Shown here piece after piece: positions 1 through 9,364 of a DNA stretch of 64,000 nucleotides. Numbering within the stretch: position 1 is the first letter of the stretch; each line of letters opens with the position of its first letter. The DNA comes from Barthelona sp. PCE. Lineage: Eukaryota. The notes below the pieces were generated by a model. The model saw only the letters and a program-made list of their open reading frames with translations, was not told the DNA's origin and searched no databases. The stretch spans positions 372,001 to 436,000 of the forward strand of contig JAUFOR010000002.1 in the NCBI GenBank assembly GCA_040285745.1, written 5' to 3'. The position numbers and the translations under genes were made by a program.

Positions 1-1
1 T

Positions 2-223
2 GAGGAGCTCAAGGTTTGTGTTGAGGACAAGAAGATTGGTCGCATCCCTGTCGCTTGCATGGATATGGAAGGAAAGGCTATTGATGAGCGTGTACACGAA
101 GCTACTGGTGCTGAGATTCGCGGTTGGATTAGAACTGAGGAACAACCAGATGATGAGGATATCAAGTGTATCGTCACTGGCCAGAAGGCCAATTTCTGGG
201 GTTATGCTGCACGTGCTTATTAA
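2..223 (+). CDS. C-terminal fragment of prolyl-tRNA synthetase, archaeal/eukaryote-type (5' truncated by the window edge)
   Basis: Frame from nt 2 is open to TAA at 221-223: EELKVCVEDKKIGRIPVACMDMEGKAIDERVHEATGAEIRGWIRTEEQPDDEDIKCIVTGQKANFWGYAARAY*. The ending CIVTG-K-A...ARAY matches the ProRS C-terminal domain, which ends in R-x-Y. Not in the ORF track. Confidence 0.75.
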   Translation, partial: EELKVCVEDKKIGRIPVACMDMEGKAIDERVHEATGAEIRGWIRTEEQPDDEDIKCIVTGQKANFWGYAARAY

Positions 224-659
224 ATAAACCTGTTTTACAACAGATATTCTTTCTCTTGCTTTTACGCTTTAACTGATCACTTATGGGTTTAATATTACCA
301 TAATCACCGTGATTCGTATGATATAAAATGAATAAAGTGATAAAATGTACTGAAAATTTAAAAATTTACAGTTTTCAACAGATGCACAGCTTTTTCCCTG
401 TAGTGTGGACAAAGATCCCATATATACGAGATCTCTAATGGTTCACCTGACGCCGAATGGTTGTGCATCTACAAATTCTTTTTTGACCTACAACAGGGTA
501 TTGGAACCCTTATTTTATTCCCTGTGCACAACAGTCGCTACAAACAGAAGGTTGTCACATACCATTTGCTAATAAATAAACATTTCCTCCTTTTAGGACT
601 TTTCTCCTTTATCTTAGCCTTTAACTCTTTATATTTTAAAAAAAAAAACTAGAAAAACG

Positions 660-2195
660 ATGTCTAACACTTCTCTTGCTTTGTGGGCCGGTCATTTCTC
701 TGAGGAAACTACTGAGAATGATATTAAGACTTTCTTTAACCAACAGAACATCCAGACTGGTATCATCAAGATCCCTCGCGATACCCAGACTGGTAAGAGC
801 TACAAATACGCTTACATTAACTTCCCCAATGAAGAAGCTTACAATGAAGCCTTCACTAAGTTGCGTGTCTTTACTCTTGATGGTTGTGAGATCTGTCTCT
901 CTCCCATTGAACGTGAGTCCAACAGACGTAAGAAGAACAACAACAACTTATACGTCCGTATTGAGGAAGGTGAGATGTGGGAATGCGCAAAGATCATTCA
1001 GGTCTTCTCACAGTTCGGTGAAGTCTTTTCTGCCCGTGTTGCTCGTAACCCCGATGGTAGTGCTTTACCTTGGGCTTATGTTCGTTACTCCTCTGAGGAA
1101 TCTGCCATTGCTTGTTTAGAGCACTGTGCTGAGCACCCTCTTGAGGGTATGAAATTCAAGGTTTCCAGATATCAGGCCCGTGAAGAGCGCAAGAACCTTG
1201 GTTTGAGTGATCAGTTCACCAACATCTACTTCAACTCATTCCCCGAAGCCATGACCGAAGAAGAGATCACTGCCATCTTTGCCGGCTGCGGTACCATCAA
1301 CTCCATCTCTTACAAGACTAGCGAGTTCAAGGGCCGTTACGGTTACTGCAACTTTGTCGAGCACAATGATGCCGTCAAGGCAATCGAGACTCTCAACGGC
1401 ACCAAGCTTAACGAGGAGGATGAGACTGAATTGTACGTTGTCCGTCATAGACCCAAGGCTATTCGCGATCGTGAGCGCATGGAGCAACTTCAGAAGAGCC
1501 GTGAGGAAGCTGAGGAAAAGCGTGCTGGACGTAATCTTTACGTCAAGAACCTTTCTGAAGACATTGACGAGGCCAAGCTCATTGAGATCTTCAAGGAATA
1601 CGGTGAGATCGAATCTGTTCACATTATGCGTGAGCGTGAGGAGCCCCGTAAGCCCCGTGGTTTCGGTTTTGTTTGCTTTGTTGAGAAGGAAGACGCTGAG
1701 ACTGCTTGCGAGCACTTCCAAGATTCTGAGTCTGATCTCTTTGTTACACCTGCCCGTACTCGTAAGGAACGTACTGAGGCCAGGAAACAAGATCAGGAGC
1801 AGATGGGTGGCGTCGAGATGAACATGTGGAACATGGGCGGTATGATGAACAACCAAATGCAACAGCAAGTTGTCATGGATCCTCAGATGATGGCCATGAT
1901 GCAGGCACAGATGCAATCTATGATGATGGCTATGCAACAACCCCAACAGCCCCAACCTGCTGCACCTGTTGAGCTCACTGAGGCTCAACGTCAGGAGTTA
2001 GGTAACGCACTTTACCCTCAGGTTGGTGAGTTACTTGAGCAGGTTCATGCTGACCCTAAGGCTTGTCCTATCATTACTGGTTTACTTCTTGACAATGAAT
2101 TCCCTGTCATCCAGGATTTCATCCAAAACCCCGAATCTCTTCGCAATGAAGTCAACCAAATTCTTGAGGCCCTTCAGGAAGCTAACAACTTCTAA
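660..2195 (+). CDS. PABP: Polyadenylate-binding protein (4 RRMs, Q/M-rich linker, MLLE/PABC domain)
   Basis: Four RRM units (KYAYINF, PWAYVRY, RYGYCNF, RGFGFVCF; NLYVKNL), an M/Q-rich linker, and C-terminal RQELGNALYPQV...IITGLLLD, a variant of the KITGMLLE motif. Strong codon bias. Confidence 0.93.
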   Translation: MSNTSLALWAGHFSEETTENDIKTFFNQQNIQTGIIKIPRDTQTGKSYKYAYINFPNEEAYNEAFTKLRVFTLDGCEICLSPIERESNRRKKNNNNLYVRIEEGEMWECAKIIQVFSQFGEVFSARVARNPDGSALPWAYVRYSSEESAIACLEHCAEHPLEGMKFKVSRYQAREERKNLGLSDQFTNIYFNSFPEAMTEEEITAIFAGCGTINSISYKTSEFKGRYGYCNFVEHNDAVKAIETLNGTKLNEEDETELYVVRHRPKAIRDRERMEQLQKSREEAEEKRAGRNLYVKNLSEDIDEAKLIEIFKEYGEIESVHIMREREEPRKPRGFGFVCFVEKEDAETACEHFQDSESDLFVTPARTRKERTEARKQDQEQMGGVEMNMWNMGGMMNNQMQQQVVMDPQMMAMMQAQMQSMMMAMQQPQQPQPAAPVELTEAQRQELGNALYPQVGELLEQVHADPKACPIITGLLLDNEFPVIQDFIQNPESLRNEVNQILEALQEANNF

Positions 2196-2290
2196 GATGT
2201 TGTTAACATACATTGTTTGCTTTTAATAAAGTAGAAAGTTTTTCGTTTTATTGTTTTGCACCTTTTTGGCTTTATTCACACACAAAAAAA

Positions 2291-2641
2291 ATGACAACAG
2301 CAATCCCAAAAACTCATATTCAGAGATTATTAAAAGAAGCTGTTGAGGAGGGTATAGGTTTTAGTACTGACGCTAAAATGGCATTTACACACGCTATAAA
2401 GACATTCATTGAGTACATCACCGTGTGTGCACAAGAAATCACATACTCAAAGGGGAAAAAAACAATTAGCCCGGAAGCTATCAACGAAACACTCCAAAAA
2501 CTTGACTTTGCTGAATTTGTTCCTCTCATTCAACAAAGCCTTGAGCATTATAAGGAGCAGAAGAACTCTAAGGCTGCTAATCGGAAAGCAAAGAAAAGCG
2601 CAGACAATATAGTTGCAAATCCCAAGGATGAAGCACATTAG
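2291..2641 (+). CDS. H2B-type histone-fold protein (NC2beta/Dr1, NF-YB or POLE3 family)
   Basis: ATG at 2291 after an A-run. IPKTHIQRLLKE...STDAK...FIEYIT..AQEI...KKTISPE.I...L..LDF matches the CBFD/NFYB histone fold. KKTISPE favours Dr1. Confidence 0.8.
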   Translation: MTTAIPKTHIQRLLKEAVEEGIGFSTDAKMAFTHAIKTFIEYITVCAQEITYSKGKKTISPEAINETLQKLDFAEFVPLIQQSLEHYKEQKNSKAANRKAKKSADNIVANPKDEAH

Positions 2642-2753
2642 ATCAACAGGTAATGATCACAGCCACCACGACCGTGCTGAAGCTCACTTTTGAAGTAGAG
2701 TAGCGGCATCACTATCATTGAACAGTGATATTAAATAAAGATGAAAAATGTTT

Positions 2754-5141
2754 TTACTTTGCCTTTCTCCTGAATGTTCTCTGCGACTTAGTCCGTCTGA
2801 ACTGCTTTTTCTTTCTTCTCTGTGTCTTGTTAGCTGAACTAATACGTGCACTAGACGGTCTTGGCGTTAGAGAGCGTGCAATATTAGCCGCCTCATGTAA
2901 TGCCTGGTCAGTCTGTGACGACCTGAACTTGCCAAACGAGTCCATCAGCTTCTCCGCCACACTCTTCGGCCTTACATCCCTTCTCGCCCTTGTTGATGTC
3001 GAGAAAACAATCTTTGGCACGTACTGATTAACGTCTACATCCGTCTTCAGATCATCAAACTCCTCATCAACGTTGATCTCCGCATATCGATTAATTTGAC
3101 TATGTGAGCGTGCTGTGGTTGGGAAGTGGTCATATAGTTCATCCTTATCTTCAACAAAAACTCGCTTCGATAAATTCTGGGATGTCACAGGCCGCACACT
3201 TCGGGAGCTGTATGGCCGTACATCCTTTGTACCGCGGCTGGACTGTAAAAAGTCAGACATCTGCTTGTTGTGATTGCGGTCGCGCGCTGTCTGTGCACGG
3301 ATGTTGTCGATGAGCCTGTATGTGCTCATCATCTCATTTTGGTGCTTCTCACGTACTGTATCGAAGCCTTTGAACGATTTTTTGTACTGTAAACGTTTCA
3401 AATCAAGTTTTGGCACAATTTCAGCATTTTCTTTTAATCTCTGACGAGCCATTTGTGGTCCTCTTAACTTCAACAGCGTTTTTTCCTCCTTTCTATCCAC
3501 TTTCTTCATCTCCTGCTTCTGTTGAAGAATAGCTCGTGCTATGCGAGAGTCCTGGCTCTTTGTGCGCCTCTTGACACGATCTCTACAAAAATGTGTCCTC
3601 TCAATTTGTTTGAGATGATCCTCCGCCACCTCATAATTGACACCGCTCTTGTACACACTCGTCTGCAACTTGATCTTTGGGAACTGCAGATAATTAGGGA
3701 TGTCTGTGTTTGTGTCTGAGATCATTCCTCTCTGCCGTAAATCCTGGGGAATAAGACTGCGGTGACCTTCCAGCCTCTGCTTTTCGAACTCCTCAAGCTT
3801 CTCAATCTCATCTTGCAGTACTTCCATCTGATCCCGAGATGCAACTCCGCGCATTTTTCCTTTGTTTCTGTATGGTGTTCCGTAGGTCGGTGCTACTGAT
3901 GTAGTATATGAGTCTCTGCGCCTCGGGTGCAAAGGGGTTGATGAGAATGCGTTCTGCTTAAACGAAGTTCGTTCCTTTAGGGTATCAATACGCTCCATCG
4001 CTTCGTTAAAAGAAGTAATGTTTTTTCCCGTCTTAGCGGATTTGAGACGCTTCTCGTGTTTATCTTCCTTCCTGCGCAACTTGTGCATCTGCTCGAGACG
4101 TGTAAAGAGCGCCTTCGATTCCATCTCCTCCGTGTCATCAACTGTTCGCAGCAACGATACGTCTTTCTCATTCGTAACATCGAAAAGCACACTAGTTGGG
4201 TGTTCTACCTTTGGCTTTGTATTGTGAAGATCTTGCTCGTCCTTGACCATCTGTTCCAGATCCGTCAATTCTGTATTGAGCACTTTAAGCGCTTGCAATC
4301 CATTCAGCACTCTATTACGTCCTCCCAGCAACTTATCCTCCAATGTAAGAAGATTATCGGTCTCGTTCTGCTGCGCAAGACTCACGGGTGCCGTCTGCCC
4401 ACTTATATATGACAGCTCAGCATGGTTACGTACAATGTCGAATTTGTCCAAGATTTCTGACTTATCGTATATCCGGAACAGTTCCGAATCCTTGTACGTA
4501 ACTGCCTTTGTGAGGCTATTATATCTCTTCTTCAAACGATGAAGAATAGCTGTGTTTTCTTTGTTATCAATACTAAATTGGTCCTGTTCTCTCGTTCCCT
4601 TATCAAGGAACTTCTTTGTTGTTGATATGATTGTACACTGCGTCAATAGGCTGAAAAACTCGTACAGCTGCACATGACCCTTGATGATTGCTGGAAAACT
4701 GTTGAACCAATCATTGAGCTGCTTCTCTCCTATCGTACGATTACACATGCGCAGCGCTTGCATGAGCTTTGAGCTCTTGTACCCCTCTACCTTGAGTCCA
4801 CTACCTATGTCCTCACATAACATGTTGAATATCATGCGTGCTTGTCGTATCTCTTCATAGCTTAATGCTCCAGTCATTAGACAGTGGATGGCTCTTTCCA
4901 ACGTTGTCATGTTGTAAAAGCTCGTTTGCAGGTTATACTGCCTCTCGTTGATGCTTAGAAAAGGTTGGAACTGAAGCAATCGCTGAAAATCTTTCCAAGG
5001 CAATCCTTCCGAATTATCTGGGTTAACATCGAAATTAATGATGCTCATGAACCTGAAAAGCAGTGAAGGCCCTCCGAGTGCCGATAAAATCCTATCAAAC
5101 TCGTTCCATGTCAATATTCCGTTCCCGCGTGCGTCAAACAT
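2754..5141 (-). CDS. Uncharacterised 795-aa protein with N-terminal EF-hand-like motifs and a basic coiled-coil/low-complexity tail
   Basis: Long ATG-initiated ORF. FDARGNGILTWNEF is an EF-hand-like loop, with degenerate copies (GLPWKDF, GHVQLYEF). The C-terminal half is K/R-rich. Confidence 0.7.
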   Translation of the reverse strand: MFDARGNGILTWNEFDRILSALGGPSLLFRFMSIINFDVNPDNSEGLPWKDFQRLLQFQPFLSINERQYNLQTSFYNMTTLERAIHCLMTGALSYEEIRQARMIFNMLCEDIGSGLKVEGYKSSKLMQALRMCNRTIGEKQLNDWFNSFPAIIKGHVQLYEFFSLLTQCTIISTTKKFLDKGTREQDQFSIDNKENTAILHRLKKRYNSLTKAVTYKDSELFRIYDKSEILDKFDIVRNHAELSYISGQTAPVSLAQQNETDNLLTLEDKLLGGRNRVLNGLQALKVLNTELTDLEQMVKDEQDLHNTKPKVEHPTSVLFDVTNEKDVSLLRTVDDTEEMESKALFTRLEQMHKLRRKEDKHEKRLKSAKTGKNITSFNEAMERIDTLKERTSFKQNAFSSTPLHPRRRDSYTTSVAPTYGTPYRNKGKMRGVASRDQMEVLQDEIEKLEEFEKQRLEGHRSLIPQDLRQRGMISDTNTDIPNYLQFPKIKLQTSVYKSGVNYEVAEDHLKQIERTHFCRDRVKRRTKSQDSRIARAILQQKQEMKKVDRKEEKTLLKLRGPQMARQRLKENAEIVPKLDLKRLQYKKSFKGFDTVREKHQNEMMSTYRLIDNIRAQTARDRNHNKQMSDFLQSSRGTKDVRPYSSRSVRPVTSQNLSKRVFVEDKDELYDHFPTTARSHSQINRYAEINVDEEFDDLKTDVDVNQYVPKIVFSTSTRARRDVRPKSVAEKLMDSFGKFRSSQTDQALHEAANIARSLTPRPSSARISSANKTQRRKKKQFRRTKSQRTFRRKAK

Positions 5142-5444
5142 TTGTATTTATGTGTTTTTAGATGTATTTATGTGTATCCAAACGTATCAATACGTTTGCG
5201 CAAGGGAAATTGTTGCGCAAGTAGGAATGGTTAAAAAAACTGAATACAAAAGTACTTCTGCCTCGAATAAGATTTTTACTTGGATGACTGTTTGCTAAAT
5301 GTAGTTTACACTTGGTAAACCATACTAAAAACATCGAAAATAGTGTTTGCGCATTACAAAACTTCAACTTTTTTCACTAATTTGCTCAATTTCAACATTG
5401 CTGAACGGCCCCCCAACCACATAAATACTGTGTTTTACTATATA

Positions 5445-8400
5445 TTAGACATTTTTCAATAGATACTTACTGGTCCAATGTTCTTCTCTTAGTAGGCTAT
5501 TATTACGTGCTTTAATACCGTAAAAGATCATAAAGCACATGATGACAACATATGAGAACAAGAAAATAGCTAAATTAGCAAATTCAGCTGAAATTTTGAT
5601 CAATAAAGCGATTCCCACAAGAAATCCAACAAAAATCTGGAATAATGTATCAAGAGGGTGCATCAGTGGCTTTTGTACATGCACAAAAAGTGATAAACTT
5701 AACAAGAACATAATAACCGCTAACTCCGAATTCGTTGTTGTTGCCAACTTAATAATAAACAAGAAAATTGACTGAACAACGACGAGAATGATGGTAAACC
5801 CATTGTATTCCTTCTTCAAACCCAGATTATCAATCTTCGAATGTATCCTAAACAATATTCCAATGACTGACAAACACAAGCCAGCAGAAATCAAAGCCAT
5901 CCAAAAGTTAAATTCTCGATCATAATCTGCAATTGTGTGATAAAAACTTTCATATTGACGATCGTATGTGTCGTAGGAAAGAATAAAAATGCATAAAGTC
6001 ATTGTGTTTCGGATCAGAAGCGGGAGCAAAAAGTGTGCTATGACCACGAAGAATGATTTTATGCGGCGGTTGAACTGGGACAATGCAGACATTATGAGGT
6101 AAAACCCACTTAATGCTAATACGACAACGAAAAGTATTAAATTAATGTCAATATCTCCGTTAATTTTCACAAACATGCTTATAAACAATGAAATAGATGC
6201 GTATGGGTTAATAAAAAGTTTTAAAAACACTAAAAATTTGCTATCAAGAACAAAATCCGTACTCAATGAATTTGCATCCAAGAGCAACGGTAGCATGATG
6301 ATTACAAAGTACTTGAACGAATCAATGATGTGGAACACGTCAGCATCCAGAAGATCATCGGATGTAATTCGGAATATACGTGTCCATGGTAATCTAATCA
6401 TTCGGTGATAGTTGAATACCAAAACCAGAAGGAATATGACCTGAGCGACGATTACAGTGATAACCAGGGTATTGGAAGCAGCCCGAACAATACAACCACT
6501 CGTGAAGATATTCATCACGCTCTCATGATCCATTCCTGTATCATCGCGCATAAGAGGATTACATCGCGTACAACCTGTGCCATAGTGGCCCGGAGCGCAA
6601 CCATTAACACGGTAAGGGCGTATATCTAGATATTTCATAATATTCTGCTCTGTTGACGAAAAGTCAACTAAACTTTTCCCTGAGAATCCAGCCTTCACCA
6701 AAAAATTATGACAGAAACTATTATGGCATCGTAGCACGTAAACAGTATCGTCTGTCTCTAGAACAAATTTTCCTGGATCTACATTGTACTCGCTACCAGT
6801 TATTAGAGAGCGCTCAAAATATGAAGGTACTGCATCACGGAGTTTTGTATCAACTGTACATTCACTGACGGTAGAATTGAAGCTCCATTGATGCGTATCA
6901 GACATGCATCGCTCACATTCGCCGTCTTCATCGAGGAAAAACCCTGGTTCACAGTATGGTTCTTGAAAAACTTTTTTATCCCCAATAAGGGAGCCAAATG
7001 GCGTGAATATATGCACCTCATAATGTGCTCCCGGCTTAAGCCGAGCCAATGAGACATTTAAGGTGGTGCTTTCTAATGAAATAAATGTATTATATGGACT
7101 GATGAACAAGAAAACCTCTTCTTTGAACAAAGACTCAATGTCCATTACAAACTGAGTGTTTATATGCATGCGTGGGTTCACCAGTTCAATATTAACATCT
7201 GCCAAACCCTGAAACTCGTCATTGGTGAAAATGCATCTGTTTGCATACTGCATGTATTGTTCTGTCATATAACAGTTCGTACCATGGAATTTAGGTATCT
7301 CCAAATCGCCTTGTTGAATAGATTTCGTGAAAACAACCATCTTAGCAACAAAGAACACTCCATTAACATTAATACTTCCACTATTAAACGTTGGAATGAT
7401 TTTGCGCATGTATACCAGTGCGCTGTTTGTATCCGACGCGGTGATATTTGACATGTTAATATGAAAGCTCTTGCTCAAAAGAGGAGCAACTAGAATTTTT
7501 GCGTTCTTCAGTGCCAAAATAGTTGAATTATGTATAGAACAATCACCTAATAAACTGTTGGCCTGTGTCATTGCGGCATACAGTATAGAATTCTCAGGCA
7601 ATACAATGTCGCAGTTTGTAATAGTTAAAACCAAACCAATACCGTCATATATAAGATATCTGAATGTAGTATTCCTGACTGTAACATCATTTAACACTGG
7701 CACGGATTCAAATAAATAAGGTAATGATTGAAATACAACATCAAACCCACAGTTCATCAAAACTAAACCTTGAGCGTAAAACTGTTTAGAATAACCATAA
7801 ACAACATTTATACTGCTGCTGTCAATGATATTAATATCATTTAAACTTAAAAAAGAATAACTGTTCAAAGCTCTTGCAACAAAAATATAATCACATTCAT
7901 TCAAATCAACAATTGTGACATTAAATACATTTGCAGTCTCTGTCTTGTCCGACAGCTCAATTAAAATCTTAGTCTCTAGATGCAAGAATGTAGTGGCCCG
8001 TATTGACATATCATTAAAAGTATGTTTTTGGGCAGAGCGAAACAGTGTGGAAGGTGAAAAAACATTCTCAAAAGAACTCTGACCTATATGTTTAATGACC
8101 AATGTACTTGGGAAGATTACATTCTTAATTGTAGATTCCACAAAAGAAAATATTTCACTTTTAAACGGAAACGTGCAATTCTCAATTGTAGATGAAAAAA
8201 ATCTTATTTCATTGGCTATAGGATACATAATATCGCTTTTTTTTGGTGTAAAATCACTGTCTTTTATCGTACAATTCATAAATGTTGTACTACCACCCAT
8301 AACTGATGCAAAATTATATTCTCCCCATTGATCAACGTTTGATATTTGAACGTTCTCCATTTCAAAAGAAAACACTTTATCACCTCTCAACCAAGGCCAA

Positions 8401-9272
8401 CTTGTCCATTCACTGTTACGAATCCGCAACATTTCTGTACTGAATTGACTTACTAACTCGTTAAACTTACCAAATAACTCCCATTCCCTTACCTCAATAT
8501 TCTTGACAGGTACCAAAATAGCAATGTGTTGAACTCTAACCTTAGAAATATTCACATTCCCTACAACTGATCCTGTACTCTTTGTATCCACATAAAAGGC
8601 AGTGAATGAACACCCGATCACATTCACGTTAAATATATCATCCACATTCACATAGGTCTCCGTAGAATGAAAATTTCTAAACAAGATAAGTTGTGTTTTT
8701 AAGGCATATACTTCAAAACTTCGAACAATATCTATATCTTCAAAGCTGACGGACTTCCAGCCCACAAATTTATAGTAGTTAATACCAGAAACATTGAAAA
8801 ACTTTGCAATATTTCCTTCTCCCTCAAAATTTGTTTCATCTTCTTTATACAGTATTTCCGAATGTTTAAGGCTGACATTTCCGCATTTAAAGACATTTGT
8901 AATCACCAAATAAGAATTTAAAGATGAAAAATCACCACCATTTAAAATGACTTCTTCTGATTCAAACCTAGAATTTTCTACAATTAGTGATGAGATATCC
9001 AATGATTGTTTTGCAGCCGTCACAGACGATTCCTCCAGTACCAGATCCGCTAAGAAATCAGAAACCGTGAATTCCAACATAGAATCAGTAGCATTAATTA
9101 AAGTTAATTTGGCGTTATTTGTCATGGTCACATTCAGCTGCTCGTTCGATATATTGCTGATTATTGTGTCTTTATCTATGTAAATGTTACGAACAACAGT
9201 ATTTTCAGCAAAAATTGTTCCCATACATAAAATCACCAATATTATGTGAACAAAGTGTGTTCCGGTACGCAT
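5445..9272 (-). CDS. Large membrane protein: signal peptide, beta-helix-like ectodomain, Cys-rich region, multi-TM C-terminus
   Basis: 1275-aa ORF with a hydrophobic N-terminus (FVHIILVILCMGTIFA). The N/S/I/F-rich strands resemble a parallel beta-helix. Cys motifs CEPGFFLDEDGECERC and CAPGHYGTGCTRC. About 8-9 hydrophobic segments in the last ~340 aa. Confidence 0.8.
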   Translation of the reverse strand: MRTGTHFVHIILVILCMGTIFAENTVVRNIYIDKDTIISNISNEQLNVTMTNNAKLTLINATDSMLEFTVSDFLADLVLEESSVTAAKQSLDISSLIVENSRFESEEVILNGGDFSSLNSYLVITNVFKCGNVSLKHSEILYKEDETNFEGEGNIAKFFNVSGINYYKFVGWKSVSFEDIDIVRSFEVYALKTQLILFRNFHSTETYVNVDDIFNVNVIGCSFTAFYVDTKSTGSVVGNVNISKVRVQHIAILVPVKNIEVREWELFGKFNELVSQFSTEMLRIRNSEWTSWPWLRGDKVFSFEMENVQISNVDQWGEYNFASVMGGSTTFMNCTIKDSDFTPKKSDIMYPIANEIRFFSSTIENCTFPFKSEIFSFVESTIKNVIFPSTLVIKHIGQSSFENVFSPSTLFRSAQKHTFNDMSIRATTFLHLETKILIELSDKTETANVFNVTIVDLNECDYIFVARALNSYSFLSLNDINIIDSSSINVVYGYSKQFYAQGLVLMNCGFDVVFQSLPYLFESVPVLNDVTVRNTTFRYLIYDGIGLVLTITNCDIVLPENSILYAAMTQANSLLGDCSIHNSTILALKNAKILVAPLLSKSFHINMSNITASDTNSALVYMRKIIPTFNSGSINVNGVFFVAKMVVFTKSIQQGDLEIPKFHGTNCYMTEQYMQYANRCIFTNDEFQGLADVNIELVNPRMHINTQFVMDIESLFKEEVFLFISPYNTFISLESTTLNVSLARLKPGAHYEVHIFTPFGSLIGDKKVFQEPYCEPGFFLDEDGECERCMSDTHQWSFNSTVSECTVDTKLRDAVPSYFERSLITGSEYNVDPGKFVLETDDTVYVLRCHNSFCHNFLVKAGFSGKSLVDFSSTEQNIMKYLDIRPYRVNGCAPGHYGTGCTRCNPLMRDDTGMDHESVMNIFTSGCIVRAASNTLVITVIVAQVIFLLVLVFNYHRMIRLPWTRIFRITSDDLLDADVFHIIDSFKYFVIIMLPLLLDANSLSTDFVLDSKFLVFLKLFINPYASISLFISMFVKINGDIDINLILFVVVLALSGFYLIMSALSQFNRRIKSFFVVIAHFLLPLLIRNTMTLCIFILSYDTYDRQYESFYHTIADYDREFNFWMALISAGLCLSVIGILFRIHSKIDNLGLKKEYNGFTIILVVVQSIFLFIIKLATTTNSELAVIMFLLSLSLFVHVQKPLMHPLDTLFQIFVGFLVGIALLIKISAEFANLAIFLFSYVVIMCFMIFYGIKARNNSLLREEHWTSKYLLKNV

Positions 9273-9364
9273 TTGCCCAATATCTTTAATATAAAATAAG
9301 AAAAGTTAAGGATAAGGATGAAAAAAATGATACATGCTGATATGCTGATAAACTATTTACACAA

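Noticed and set aside
676-1988. Long alternative-frame and antisense ORFs over PABP (up to 250 aa)
   Set aside because: Shadow ORFs caused by codon bias that depletes stops in other frames; no recognisable protein features.
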